64,000 nt of DNA, taken from positions 81,718,001 to 81,782,000 of the forward strand of contig NC_058368.1 in assembly GCF_018350175.1 (NCBI RefSeq). The letters run 5' to 3'. The notes beneath the pieces are model-generated. The model was not told where the DNA came from. It did not search any database and was given only the letters and a program-made list of their open reading frames with translations. This DNA comes from Felis catus (Eukaryota). The position numbers were made by a program, and so were the translations under genes. Shown piece after piece: positions 50,069 through 61,975 of this stretch (the first letter of the stretch is position 1; each line of letters opens with the position of its first letter).

Positions 50069-50123
50069 TGTGTGCGTGTGTGTGTATGTGTGTGTGTGTG
50101 TGTTTACGCGTGTGTGCGCGCGT
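50069..50123. repeat. (TG)n/(CG) alternating purine-pyrimidine microsatellite
   Basis: tgtgtgcgtgtgtgtgtatgtgtg...tacgcgtgtgtgcgcgcgt. Confidence 0.9.
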
Positions 50124-50249
50124 TTACTGCTTCTGAGTTAAAATGGAAATGGTGAGCTTTAATAGAACATCACACCGCAGTTAGGGTAGAGATGGAAGTT
50201 TTGATGTGATGTCACAGCAAAACCCTACAGTTACCTGGGTGACTGGAGG

Positions 50250-50560
50250 ACAGGGAGACGCTGCCGCATGAACTGCTGCAAATGGGGTCTTGAGATGACC
50301 CAAATGTGTCCTGTGACAGGTCAGGAGGCCAGGCGTCTGAACCCAAGGTGTGGGCAGGATCCTTTCGCCAGAGGCCCCAGGGGCTCCTTCCGCCATAGCC
50401 GCAGCTGGGCCTGTGTGAGCACAGCTCCTGGCTCTGACTCCACCGTCCCTGCTGTGTGTCTGTGTCACATAGAAGGACACCTGTCACCACATTTAGGGCC
50501 CGCCCTATTCCAGTGTGATCTGCTCATTACTAATCACACCTGTTCCCAAGTAATCATTCA
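50250..50560 (-). mobile_element. MLT1-like LTR fragment
   Basis: ggtcaggaggccaggcgtctgaacccaaggtgtgggcagg...aaggacacctgtcac..atttagggcccgccctattccagtgtgatct. Confidence 0.6.
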
Positions 50561-50828
50561 TGACCTGTGACAGTCACAAGGAAGTAAAACCTCACTGCCC
50601 GTAATAAAGGTTTTTTTCAATCTTTTTCAACCACTTAAAAATGTGCAAACCATTCTTAGCTCATGTACAGACAGGTGGTGGCCCCTGGTCCAGGTTGACA
50701 GGAATCTGCTGTGACCCTGCGCAGGGAAGGGAGCCCCCTCAGCTGGGCTGCCTTGGGCAGCTGCCCCATCCACCCCACTGGGTTCCCGGCCCCGCTGAGT
50801 CCGTTCCCATCGGTCCTGGGGTTTAAAG

Positions 50829-51031
50829 TTGGGTTTCTCAGCTGGGAGTGATCTCACCTGGACCTGCCCTGCCCCTAGCACAGGTGCAGATTTTCAGTCG
50901 TCACCTTGAGGGGGCGCCATGGGCATCTTGTGGGCAGAGCAGGGGGCTAGTAAGTGGTCCATAGTGCACAGGACCCGCCCCAGAGAGCCAGCTGCCGGAT
51001 GTCAGCAGTGCCCTGGCCGGGAAACTGCTCT
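50829..51031. mobile_element. MER20-like DNA transposon remnant
   Basis: gggtttctcagctgggagtgat...ggcatcttgtgggcagag...atagtgcacaggac...atgtcagcagtgcc...gaaactgctct. Confidence 0.65.
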
Positions 51032-51978
51032 GCAGGTGTCCCAGACCCCTGTGCCCTTCACCGCTGGTGTGTGGACGTGGTTAGCGCATTCCATAGGATT
51101 CACGCCAGCCGTGCCTCCGCTCCTCGGTGCACGGGACTTTGACACCAGGGAAAGTTCCCTGTCACCACGGACAGCTCAGCCTTTTATTGTCCATCGCTGT
51201 GAAAGACTTGACACTCTCTCTCTTTTGTTTGCTGTGTTAACTGTGCTTCTGAGAGAATCTGGAAGGGCTTGGGAGCCTGTTTTGGAAACTTTCATCTTTT
51301 TAATGAAGCGGCTTCACTTTACTCCCGTTTTGCCAAGCAGACAGACGGCATCTGTTGTGAAATGACGAAGTGTTGCTCACGTGGCATGTTAATTACAGAA
51401 GACCCAGTGTCAGTTCCTCTCCGGGAGCCGCGGTCGCCACTGGGACATTACACAGGTTTCCCTCGAGCTGCCTTCGCTCGGAAAGAATGCAGACAGCTGC
51501 ACACAAAACCTCGCTCGGTGGACTCGAGGCGCTAAATCCTCTCGCGTCCACTGTAGCAGATTCGCAGGAAGTCTTGTGCCCACGTGCCTGCACGACGGAC
51601 GCGGCATGTGGGTTTCAAGGACAGAAAACCTAAAGCTTCTGCTGATGACAGTGCGCCATCCAGGCTGGGCTCCTGGGACGTCTGTGACCCAAGCAGGGGC
51701 CTCGGTGTTTGTCAGTGCTGTCCGCGTGCGTAGCGCAGATGGGGAACCAGAGTCATTTCTCTTATCTCACTACTGATCCAGAGCTCACAAGGGTCTTGTC
51801 CAAGGTGGGCCACTCGGCTCGAGGTTCTGTGCGTCCGTCCATCCCACACGCGGGGATGGGGACCCCTGCGCGCCACCCACGGGATCACACGGTGCTGTGG
51901 ATTTTGATGGTTTAAGGGAAGGATTCTTCGGGTAGAAACCTGCACTGCTGGTTACTAAGTTGTCATTTCAAGATTGGG

Positions 51979-52158
51979 TTTTTTTTTTAATGTTTTATTT
52001 TTTATTTTTGAGAGAGAGTGTGAGCAGGGGAGGGGCAGAGAGAGAGAGAGACACAGACTCTGAGCTGTCAGCACAGAGCCCGACGCAGGGCTCTGTGAGA
52101 TCATGACTTGAGCCGAAGTCGGATGCTGCTTAACCGACTGAGCCCCCCCAGATGCCCC
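51979..52158 (-). mobile_element. Can-SINE (internally deleted)
   Basis: Reverse copy; imperfect TSD tcaagattgggttt / tcaggattggtttt. Confidence 0.9.
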
Positions 52159-53091
52159 TCAGGATTGGTTTTCACACAGATTCTGTCCTAACTTAAGCAT
52201 ACTTGCTTGGTTTTTTCCAACCAGTTCATGCCGACATTAAATTCACATTCAAAGCCAGAGTGGGCCATCCTTGTCCAGAGAATTGGGGTTTGTGGGTACT
52301 CAGTTGCATTTGGTTAGGACGGTTAGGGTGGCATTGTTCACGGCACAACTAAGTATTTATTGCTTTGCCGTGAGTTTGACAGAATCCACCTGGGATTTAA
52401 AATACGGTGGCCTGAAGGAATGAGAGTTAATTTTTTATGTAGTCAGTGTTTTGTGTGTTTATTCCACTGACTACTTAGTGGTGCTGGGGTGGTACCCTAC
52501 CTTCCCATCAGCCACATGTGGCCCGGCCAGCTGTCCTGGCTCGTTCTGGTTGTTTTCAGAAGGCCTGGCAGCCCCCGGCTCGGCCCGTGGCCCTGCAGCT
52601 GCCCTGGGACTGCCGCCCTGCCTCGCAACACAGCCGGCCACTTCCCACACTTGTCTGCCTGGCCTGATGGAAGCCAGAAACCAACATTGAAAACGACCCC
52701 TGTCCTGTCGTGAAGTTTGATCTTATCACAGTCATGAAATGAACACCTGAATGTTTTCTTCTCCCCTGATCATTTATTCATCCACAGCTCGAGTCCCTGG
52801 AATCTTATTTCGGTGCTCCTGGTCCTAACCAGCTGGGGCAGCACACCTGACCGTCTGCGTGGTTCTCGTACCTGGGCTGGGGAGACACATACTGTGAGTC
52901 AGGCCCCCGGGTTTCACGCTGGACCTGCTGCTTTTCACGAGCTGCTGGGTCTTGCTGGGGCTTCCTGTTCCTCAGTCTGTCAGAGTGGGTGATGCAGTCG
53001 CTGCCTCTGAGGGACAGTCAGCTGTCAAATTCTCACGACCTGGGAGCTGAATGTTTCCTTTAAAGACATCAGAGTATAAAAAGTGTCTTCA

Positions 53092-53217
53092 GGGGCATCT
53101 GGGCGGTGCAGTCCTTGAGCGTCTAACTCTTGCCTTCAGCTCAGGTCATGATCTCACAGTTCATGAGTTCAAGCCCCTGCATCAGACCCTGTGCTGACAG
53201 CTCAGAACCTGCTTGGG

Positions 53218-53251
<34 letters not shown>

Positions 53252-53296
53252 GCTCCTGTCCCTTGCTCTTTCTCTCAAAATAAATAAATACACTTT
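53092..53296 (+). mobile_element. Can-SINE with (CT)n tract
   Basis: Diverged head ggggcatctgggcggtgcagtc, body, (TC)14, aaaataaataaata. Confidence 0.9.
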
Positions 53297-55426
53297 AAAA
53301 GTCTAGTAAATCTGCATCGCAGCATAAAGGAGAGATGTAGTGGTTGACGGGGAGGAAACAGGTGTGCTGGTCCACTGCCAGCATCCCCGCCTGTGGCGAA
53401 CGCTTGTGCGAAGCTCGTCGTTCACAAAACGTGGGGGGACAGAGGGCCCCAGAGGGTCTGGGGTGGCCGCTGTGTCTGTGATGCCTTGGCTCTCCAGCAA
53501 GCACCGCATCAGAACGTTAGCACCTGCCGACTAGGAACTTGGATGCTCAGGGAAGCGGGTGCCCCAGGCACGTTGCTTCATTACAAAAAAAAGAAAAGAT
53601 AAGTATAGATGTTAAGTGTGTGGAAAACCCTTGGCCTTTCCCGTTCCTGTCTGTTTCTGGGTTTGTAAGTCCCGGCAGAAGCAGTGAGGTTTTCTCTTGC
53701 TGCTGTGGAGCTGAAGGGCAGGCTCTGAGGTCGGGGGCTGTGACCCGGAAGGCCACCCGGGGCCGGAAGGTCTTCATCACAGGGAGCTGCCCATCGATCT
53801 GTGGGCTGCTCTGCTCTGCACCTGATTCAGCAAAATCGTCTGGGAGGCTGGGTCTGAGTCCCCAGCAGTGGTTCCCAGCGGTCGTGATAAAAGCTCCCGG
53901 AATGTTGCTCAGTGAATTTTGTTACCTGGAGGATAAGAGAAAGCCCCAGACAGGTCATCGGGGGTGTAACCAGAGCAGCACATCCAGGAGCGGCTAGTCT
54001 GACCTCCCGTTCTGCCCCCCAGCTGTTGTCACTGCAGCAGTGACCTTCACACCCATTCATGCTCGAATGGCAGAGTCCGTGGAACAACTTGCTTTGGGAC
54101 CATAAACTTGAAAACATCAGACACAAGAAGCATTTGTTTCTGAATGCTCCAGGTGTAGTGGATTTGCACGCTGGGAAGAAGCTGATGAGTGTTCATCCAG
54201 GAGGAATCTCGACTTCTTACCCAGAGCACCCTCTGCCTGAGCTCTCTTGCCGGGGGCCGGGCTGGATATCACCGTGTTCGCCCACGCCAGAGTTCTCGCT
54301 GCACCCGGCCGGGCTCCCAGGGCACAGAATGGAAGCCTGGGGTCCTGACCTGGCAGTGGCCAGTGGCGCCGTGCCCTCCTCACCAGCGGGAGCCACTTGC
54401 AACCTGGAGTGGGGGGCGGCCACGGTCACAGCCCCCATCGAGTCCCCACCTGCTTAAGACAGAACGGAAACATTCCACCGTCTGTTCCATTTTATGCCCA
54501 CGGTTTCAGAACGCACCCAGCACACGGCAGGAAAATTGTGTCCAGAAAGCCCTGTGTGTTTGCATGCGCCGACGCACGTGGCCGTTCTCACCGCTGCAGA
54601 GAGCTGCCCGAAGGTGGGGACACCACCAGCCACACCCTCGGAGGCCACACGTGTTCGTTCACTGAAGAGACCCTGTTATGAAAGTCACCGTCGAGATCGG
54701 AGCTGCGTCTTGCATGCCTGGGCGCTGGCCCGTCTTTGCCAGTGAGTCCCGCCATCCTCCTAAATCATGGCCCATCTGTTGGGCTGCGTGGGGTGTGGAC
54801 GCACATGGCTCACATAGGCTGCTGCGTTGCGTGCCTGGACCCACGGGTGCAGGTGGAAGACGGCCATCGCTCGGGCCGCGGACGTGGGGGGCGGTGGGAG
54901 TTGGTCCCTCGGAGCCCCCCACCCCCGCCCCGCCATTGGTGAGTTCTGGGATGGTGGCATCATCGCAGCACACGCGAGTTCTCACTAGAAACAATGGCAG
55001 AAAACTCTCTGCTTCTCAACATGTGAGGTTGTATTTGCTATTTTAGTTAAAGCAGCTGCTCGTCAGCGTGTTTCGGGAGCTGTAACACGTGTGAAGTCAC
55101 AGACACACATCCAGCCCATTCCCACCACGAAATCCCCAGAATTTCATCCAGAAGAAAGTGTCACTGAGCACAGTCCGCTTTCTTGAGTGACCAGGTCTGA
55201 GGGAGCCCGAGATGCTGGAGTGCACCACTCACTGTGGTGCCCTGTGTCTCGCTGCATTTCCCGGGGGGGCCCGTGGGCAGCACATGTTCTCCAGGCCGGC
55301 TTCCCTTGGCCCATGGCAGCAGGTACGTGCAGTGGGAAGACAGAGGCAGGAAAGTGTGGGGCACTCTGTGTGGGTTCCAGCACTGTGTTTCAGGGCGCCC
55401 CAGCTCTGTTCCCCCACCTGCCCCCA

Positions 55427-55580
55427 TCACCACCTGCCCATGCTCACTGTAGAGTCCCGGCTTCCGTCACCACCTGCCCGCGCTCACTGTCGAGTCCCAG
55501 CCTCAGTCACCACCTGCCCGCGCTCACTGTCGAGTCCCAGCCTCCGTCACCACCTGCCTACGTTCACTGTGGAGTCCCAG
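55427..55580. repeat. 40 bp minisatellite, about 4 copies
   Basis: tcaccacctgcc recurs at 55427, 55467, 55507 and 55547. Confidence 0.95.
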
Positions 55581-55993
55581 AGGGAGCACACAGCATGCTG
55601 GTCAGTGAGGCATAGGTGAGCAGCGTAGTTCACAGCGGCTGCTTGTTTCTCTTAATTCTACTCACTTATTGTCAACAAGGCAGAGCCCGGTGGTGACTGC
55701 CATTGCGTTTGTCCTTAACAGAGGCGGGACTGCCTGGCCTGCCTCTGGAGTTTGGGTACTTTGGGGGCGTCATGGTTGTCACAGTGGTTGAGGTGCATTG
55801 AGGTCGGCATTGAGGGGCAGGGATTTTGACATCCTGCATGCAGCGTGGAACAGGTCATATCGCGAGGGTGATCCCTCATTTGTAGTTATCTGAACTCAGA
55901 ACCTGGATCCATCTCAAATGTGAGCACAAAGCTTTATTCAGCAGCCTTCTGCACACTGAATGTTCTAGAAACACAGTGCTACGTTAACCATGT

Positions 55994-56090
55994 GTTTTAT
56001 TTCCTGTGTTCTGATGCCTTGACCCTGCGGACTTGCTGACCCTGGAGGGCGGCCCACCCCGGGCCAGCTGTTCTAGAGAAAGTATTAAGG
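55994..56090 (+). mobile_element. Possible ERVL LTR fragment (MER74/MER54-like)
   Basis: tgatgccttgac...cttgctgaccctggaggg...gggccagctgttctagaga resembles the recalled 5' part of these LTRs. Confidence 0.35.
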
Positions 56091-56835
56091 CCGGTGGGCC
56101 AGAGCTTTAACACCTTCCCTGGCCTCAATGACCCCGGAGCCAGGCACCTGACAGCCTGGGCAGCCCCCATCCCCTGGAGCCCGCGGAAATAATCCTCCCC
56201 AGAGAGAGAGACCCACTCTGTCTCTCTTTCAAAAATAATATGAAAACATTTAAAATAAATAAATAAAAGACCTATTGCTGCACCTGACACTTTGCTTCCC
56301 AGAAGCTCTTTCATGTGCTGTCTTTGCAGCCTGCCCCCAACCCTGGAAGGTCAGTGGTTTTATCGCACTTTCCTCGGACCGGCAGCCTCTGTCACTAGGT
56401 TGCCACAACACTGTCAGCGTTGGGACAGCCCACAGTGGTGGGTCAGAGGGTCCCTGGGCTGAGCGTGGTTCCGTGTCAGACCCTGAGGCGCCTGTGGCAT
56501 GGGGGTGTGGGGGGTCACTCCCGGGGTATACGGGCAGCAGCCTGTGGCCTTCACAGTGGACTTTGGTGCCAGGTCCTGCATGATGGAGACCCAGTGGCTC
56601 TGGACACGCACTGCCTTACTCTGGGCGCTCGGATCACAACGCTGGCTGTGTGGCAGGCTCCATGGCTCTTCCTGCATTGCTGACCTGTCACCGACAGCCC
56701 CGGAGCGCCCCTGAAGGCCTTGCTCGTCTCACCCAGCACCTGCTCCCTGGTTCAAGTGCAGGCCAACCCCCTACTTCCTCCCACCTCCTACCCTGGCTGA
56801 GCATCTTACTGTGACGATGTGTATGAGCCTCATGT

Positions 56836-57050
56836 CCCCCGTGTGCTGGTGCTCCCGGCCGGCTAACCGCACCCCCCATGCTGGTGCTCCCGGCTGGCTG
56901 ACCCCCCTGTGCTGGTGTTCCCATCCAGCTGACCCCCCCCCCCCCCCGCCTCCCTGTGCTGGTGCTCCTGGCAAGCTGACCCCACCATGCTGGTACTCCC
57001 GGCCGGCTGACATCCCCCTCCCCGTGCTGGTGCTCCTGACAAGCTGGCCC
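56836..57050. repeat. Minisatellite, 6 copies of (G/A)TGCTGGTGCTCCCGGC(C/T)GGCTGA with variable C-rich linkers
   Basis: Six tgctggt(g/a)ytcc cores; one linker carries C15. Confidence 0.9.
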
Positions 57051-60000
57051 TGGGTAGGGTAGTCCCGCTGCCCCCAGGGCCTTTCAGGAAGATATTCCTG
57101 GCCCCCCTGCCAGCTGTCATCAGGGTGGCCATGGGCACAGTCTGGGGTCTGCCACAGCTGAAAGCCAGGAGCCCTTCTGATTATGCTGTGCCTGGTGGGG
57201 GTACCTGGACAGCTGCCCTCTGAGGTCACCAGATCAGATTATCACCGAATTCTGCTGGGGAGGATGAGCTCTCTGCCATCACCTGGTGCCGTGGACCTTT
57301 CTTGACCATCCTCACCTCCCACAGACGGTCCCTCCTTCCGGCCTGTGGCTTTGGCTTCTGGAAGCTTCTTTCACTGACCATCTGGCCTCATGCTGCAGGC
57401 TAGCTGGGCCTGACGGGGACAGAGCCCTGGGGCTGCCCTCTGGCCTCTTTTCTCTGTCCAGCTCCCCAGACTTGCCCAGGGCCTCAGTCCCACCACTGCT
57501 CCTCAGACTGTTCTGTGACACAGGTGGGTTACGAAAACAGCCTGGAAGAAGGAAGAAGAAAACGTTCACTGAGTGGACCTCAGATGCAGAAGGAAACGTT
57601 CAGCTAATGTTTTCTTGGTGAGAACGAGGGCAGCTCTCTGGATGAGTTACCAGCTCTGAGGAGCAAAGAACCATTGATTTCCGGCCACTGTCGGGAAGTG
57701 AGGGGACGTATTGGGCAATGATCAGTCACCCCAGGGGCTGGGACCTGACCTTTCACCCCATCCATGAACATCTGGAGGGGACGCCCGGTGGGCGAGCTCC
57801 TCTTGTGTGGCGAGGGACTCTCATGTGCCCCCAGCCACCTGCCCTCCTGGTGATGGGACCGGCTGCACCCTGTGTCTGTGGTGGGGGCCTCCCTGCCCAG
57901 CCCACAGGTACAAGCCACACGTGGTGTGTGCATATAGTAAAGTTAATTTTGATAGTGTTTATTTAACCCCGTGCTATCCAGGATATTATTGCAACTTGAA
58001 GTCAGCATAAACATCATCAGCATGTTTTACGTTCTTCTCTGCACACGAAGTTTCCAGAATCCAGTGTGTGCTCTGTATTGGGTGCCTCACTGGGCAGCGG
58101 CCACGCACAGGGGTGTTGCCTCACGCCGAGAGGGGCCACCCTGTCCCCACCACCTGCCTCCTCTTGACACTCACATCACTGACCTGAGCGGGTGTCCTGA
58201 TTTTCTCTGAGCTCTGGGGTTGGCTTGTTCCAATGTGGTTATTTTCCCCAAAACGGGGTCTATGCCTCGGGGTTTCAGAGACCTTGCTGCACCTCAGGAC
58301 GCCTATTTACAGACTGTGGGCCCTGCTAGGCCGCAATTTCTGTCCGTTTTCCCCAAACGGTGTGCCGTGGTTCTGGACTCGCCTCTCACCAAGTGAGTAT
58401 TTCGTGTCTGGAACATCCGTCTACACTGCAGCGGAAGGTGTGTAATTTCAGCTGTTAAAATGTGTATACGACCTTGCTTCTGTTTGTGAATTCAGTAAGT
58501 TTGCCTGATTTTCTGGCTGATTCATCTCAAGGGCAGGAGCGTAGCTGTGGGACGTAAGTACAGAAGCACGTGGTTTTCGTGGCCGCGTCCTGGGGCTGGT
58601 TTTCCGAGCGCTGCACGGAGACTCAGGGGTTGGGTACTTGACAGTCGCAGCATCTGCCCCACTAACGTCCACCCGCTGTCCCAACACACCATTTTCTGCT
58701 GACCCACGTGCTTGGGCGGTGTGGTGTCCTCACCCGTGTTTTACTGTCAAGGAGCCACGGAAGCTGCATTGTGACGTGAATAGCCGGGGACACGCAGGAT
58801 GGATTTCCACCAGAATGAGTGGTCCAGGGCCAGGGCGTCCTGGGGAGGAGGGAGCAGCTGTGGGTGTGGGTCACCAAGTTAGGGGCAGATGTAGGGGTTG
58901 GGCGCGTGCCGTGTGTGCAGGCCTGCTGCTCTGTCCTCGCAGAGTCTGGTGTGCGTTTCCCAGCGTCCTTGCCTGCCCGGTGGGTGCGCAGCACTGACCG
59001 GCAGCTTGGGGACTGCTGGGCGTGCGGCCTCCTCCTCTTGTCTCAGGGACACAGGGCAGTGTGCAGCTGTGGGCCATGGGGTCCCAGGGCCTCTGGCTCC
59101 CAGAAGGGCAGTCATTATTTTGCAGTGACACAGACCCTGCATTTTCTCGTTGCGGGAGGAGCTCACAGGGCTGGGCAGCAGCGGCCTGCGGCCTGGGTGA
59201 CGGGGGCCCAGCTGGATTCTCTGGCCAGTGGAGCAGGGAGCCGGGCTCAGGTCCTAGTACCTGGTGTATGGTCCTTCCCGGAGGCCCCTCCACGCTGAAC
59301 CTCTCTCAGAATTTGACCTGTTCTGCCACCTGATAGCTGCCTTTGCTCCTCCCCCCACCCCCCACTAATGTCAGCTTGACTGGGTCCTTGTTGACTGGTT
59401 CGGCTCCCTGCACAGAGGCCACCCCGGCTGTCATCAGTCACCTGAGCCTGGCTCTGCCACCATCTGTCCTGTGGGGAAATTGCCTTCATCCTCTCTGTGC
59501 GGTCCCTGCCACACCATGCCCCATCCCCGGGCCAGCACAGGGGGGTCCCCCGTTGTGCCTCGGTCTAAGTGAGCAGACCCCCCACAGTACACTTGGAAAT
59601 GGTCGGTAGAAGCGACTCACCTGAGTTTACTTGGGAGCCCTTCATAACGTCCTGCTGTCTGCAAATGCAGGGAGAGTGCTTTGCAAGGGAGTCACTCAAA
59701 ACCAGGATGGGAGGCTGGATGGGGGGCTGGATGGGGGCTGGTTTGACCACTCCCCTGCCATTTTCACGTTTATGTTGCGGTGCACATGGCGTTTCTCCAC
59801 ATGCCGCTGTCTGGAGGGGAGGGTTGGATGCCTTGGAGGGGGTTTTGCTCTTGCCCTACTGGTCTGCTCAGCTCCTAGACTCAGTGTCCCTTTCCTCTGC
59901 CCTTGGCATGCTCTAGGTGCACGTGCTCTGTGTCTCTCTACCACTGGGAACCGCCAGAGTCAAGCAAGGCCATGGTAGGGTAAAAGTCACTGTGCTTAGA

Positions 60001-61019
60001 ATTTTTATTTCGATTCTGGACCCAGGAAACGTCAGCTTAGCTGACATTGCACATGTTCCAGATGGTCAGTGTTTTCAGATGACGTGGACCATCCCTGTGG
60101 CTTTTGCGATCCAGATGATTTTGTGTTTAGAAATATGTTCCTGGCAGAAAACTGCCCCCAGATCTTATAAATACCCCACTTTTGTCTGGGAAGGGAAACC
60201 ATGTGTCACCACTGATTACAGTAAGAGGTGGTCCAGGTCTGTCACAGACGCCTTGGGCTCCGGTCCGGCGGGAGCAGAAGGGGCCACATGCACTGAGGTC
60301 CAGGCACTGCCCACCGGCCGCCAGAAAGGCTGGTAACTCCTGGCAGAGAACGTGGATCCCATGGATCCCGTGGAAGCTGCTGACACACATCGGCTCCAGT
60401 GGGGAGCGGGGTTGTGGCCATCATACCTGTGCAAGGCCCGCACAGCGGGGTGGAAACTACCAGGTGCTCCCCAGGAGTGGAGCGCGCAGTGGCAGGTTCA
60501 TGTGGGCTGGGGCTGCGGAACGGGAGCTAGAAGAAGGCCTATTTTTAGAAACACCTAAGCACTGTGTTATCTTCTTACTCCTCAAACAGGAAATGTTGCC
60601 TTTGAAAGCTATAAACAGACACAGGAGTGGGACTTGCTCTGTTACTGGATCCCTGTGACTGTGACAGGGGCTGTTAGGAGGACCACCACAGAGACCCATC
60701 CAGGAATCTGCGGTTGGTCGGGTTACACGCTTCTGTTACAGCCGCACCGTGTAATTTGGCTAATGCGTTTGCTTTGTTTGAGCTGACATTCAAAACTTCC
60801 ATTAGGGGACTAACAGGCTAAAATTGATTTTCAGCATATTTCTGAGAATCTCTCATGTCCCTGTGTGCTTCCTGACTTTACCGCCCGGCCTGCTGCTGCA
60901 CCCCGAATCCTCACGGAGCAGACAGTGGAGTTGTGAGGAAGGCCTGACTGCCGTGATGCGGTGGTTCAACCGTGTTCTGATGGAGTTCTGAATTCAGGGT
61001 CTCCTCGTCCTGCCTGGGA

Positions 61020-61142
61020 CGGCAGAGAAGCAGGGGGGGACAGCAGAGAAGGAGGGGGGACGGCAGGGAAAGAGGGTGGGCAGCAGGGAAGGAGGGCGGG
61101 CAGCAGGGAAGGAGGGGGGAGGCAGGGAAGAGGGAGGACGAC
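61020..61142. repeat. Purine-rich low-complexity repeat (ggcagggaaggaggg)n
   Basis: Repeated (ca)gcagggaaggaggg units. Confidence 0.8.
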
Positions 61143-61574
61143 AGAGAAGGATGTTCATGCTGAGACTCCGGGAACCCCTTTCCCTTCTGGGGGTAGCAGT
61201 GACTACATCTAAAATAATCAGGGGCCTTATGTGCCCCAGAAGTGAAGTGTCCTCCTTGGTCTGCATCCAGAGCGTGAGGGGACACTGCTAGCTCTCTGCT
61301 ATGTTTGCCCCATTCTACTTTGGCCACAGTTTCTTTCTGAGTTTCTCTGTTAGGGATACGTCTTTGAAAACACATTGAACTCCATTTACCCACTAGAAAA
61401 TGCCAGAACCCTAAGAAAGTTATCTGTGGTCCCCACACTGGATGGAACCTGGTAGAATCCGTGTCTCCAGGGTGAGGGAAGTGTGAGGCAGTCCCCACAG
61501 GTGCGGGGGCGCAGACCCGGCCCTGTGAGCACGCCCGCAACCCTGCACATGTGTGAGGGGCTAACCAATGGCAT

Positions 61575-61975
61575 TATTGGGATATAGTTCGTATGACATA
61601 AAGCCCACCTCTTTAAAGAGTACAGTTCAGTGGGTTTTAGTACATTTACCAAGTTCTGGTACCATCATCGTAACAGAGTTTGAAAACATCTAAATCATCC
61701 GAAAGAAACCCCGTGTGCTTTAGCAGTCCCCACCCCCCAGCCCTGGCAGCATGGACCTGCCTTCCTGGTGTACCGTGTAGACGAGTCAGTGTCTGGGTCC
61801 CTGTGATTGGCTTCTTTGGCTTGGCCAGGTTTCAGTATGCACATCTCTGTTGATGTTGGCTGTTTGTAGGCCTTCGGAGAAACGTCTATTCAAATCCTTG
61901 TTATTTGTCTTTTTATTTCTGAGTTGTGATGGTCTATCTTGTATCCCAGGTACGATCTGTTACTAGATGTGGTTT
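61575..61975 (-). mobile_element. Old L1M fragments
   Basis: tttaaagagtacagttcagtgggttttagtacatttac...ccagccctggcagc...ggagaaacgtctattcaaatcctt, typical of reverse L1M 3' region pieces. Confidence 0.7.
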
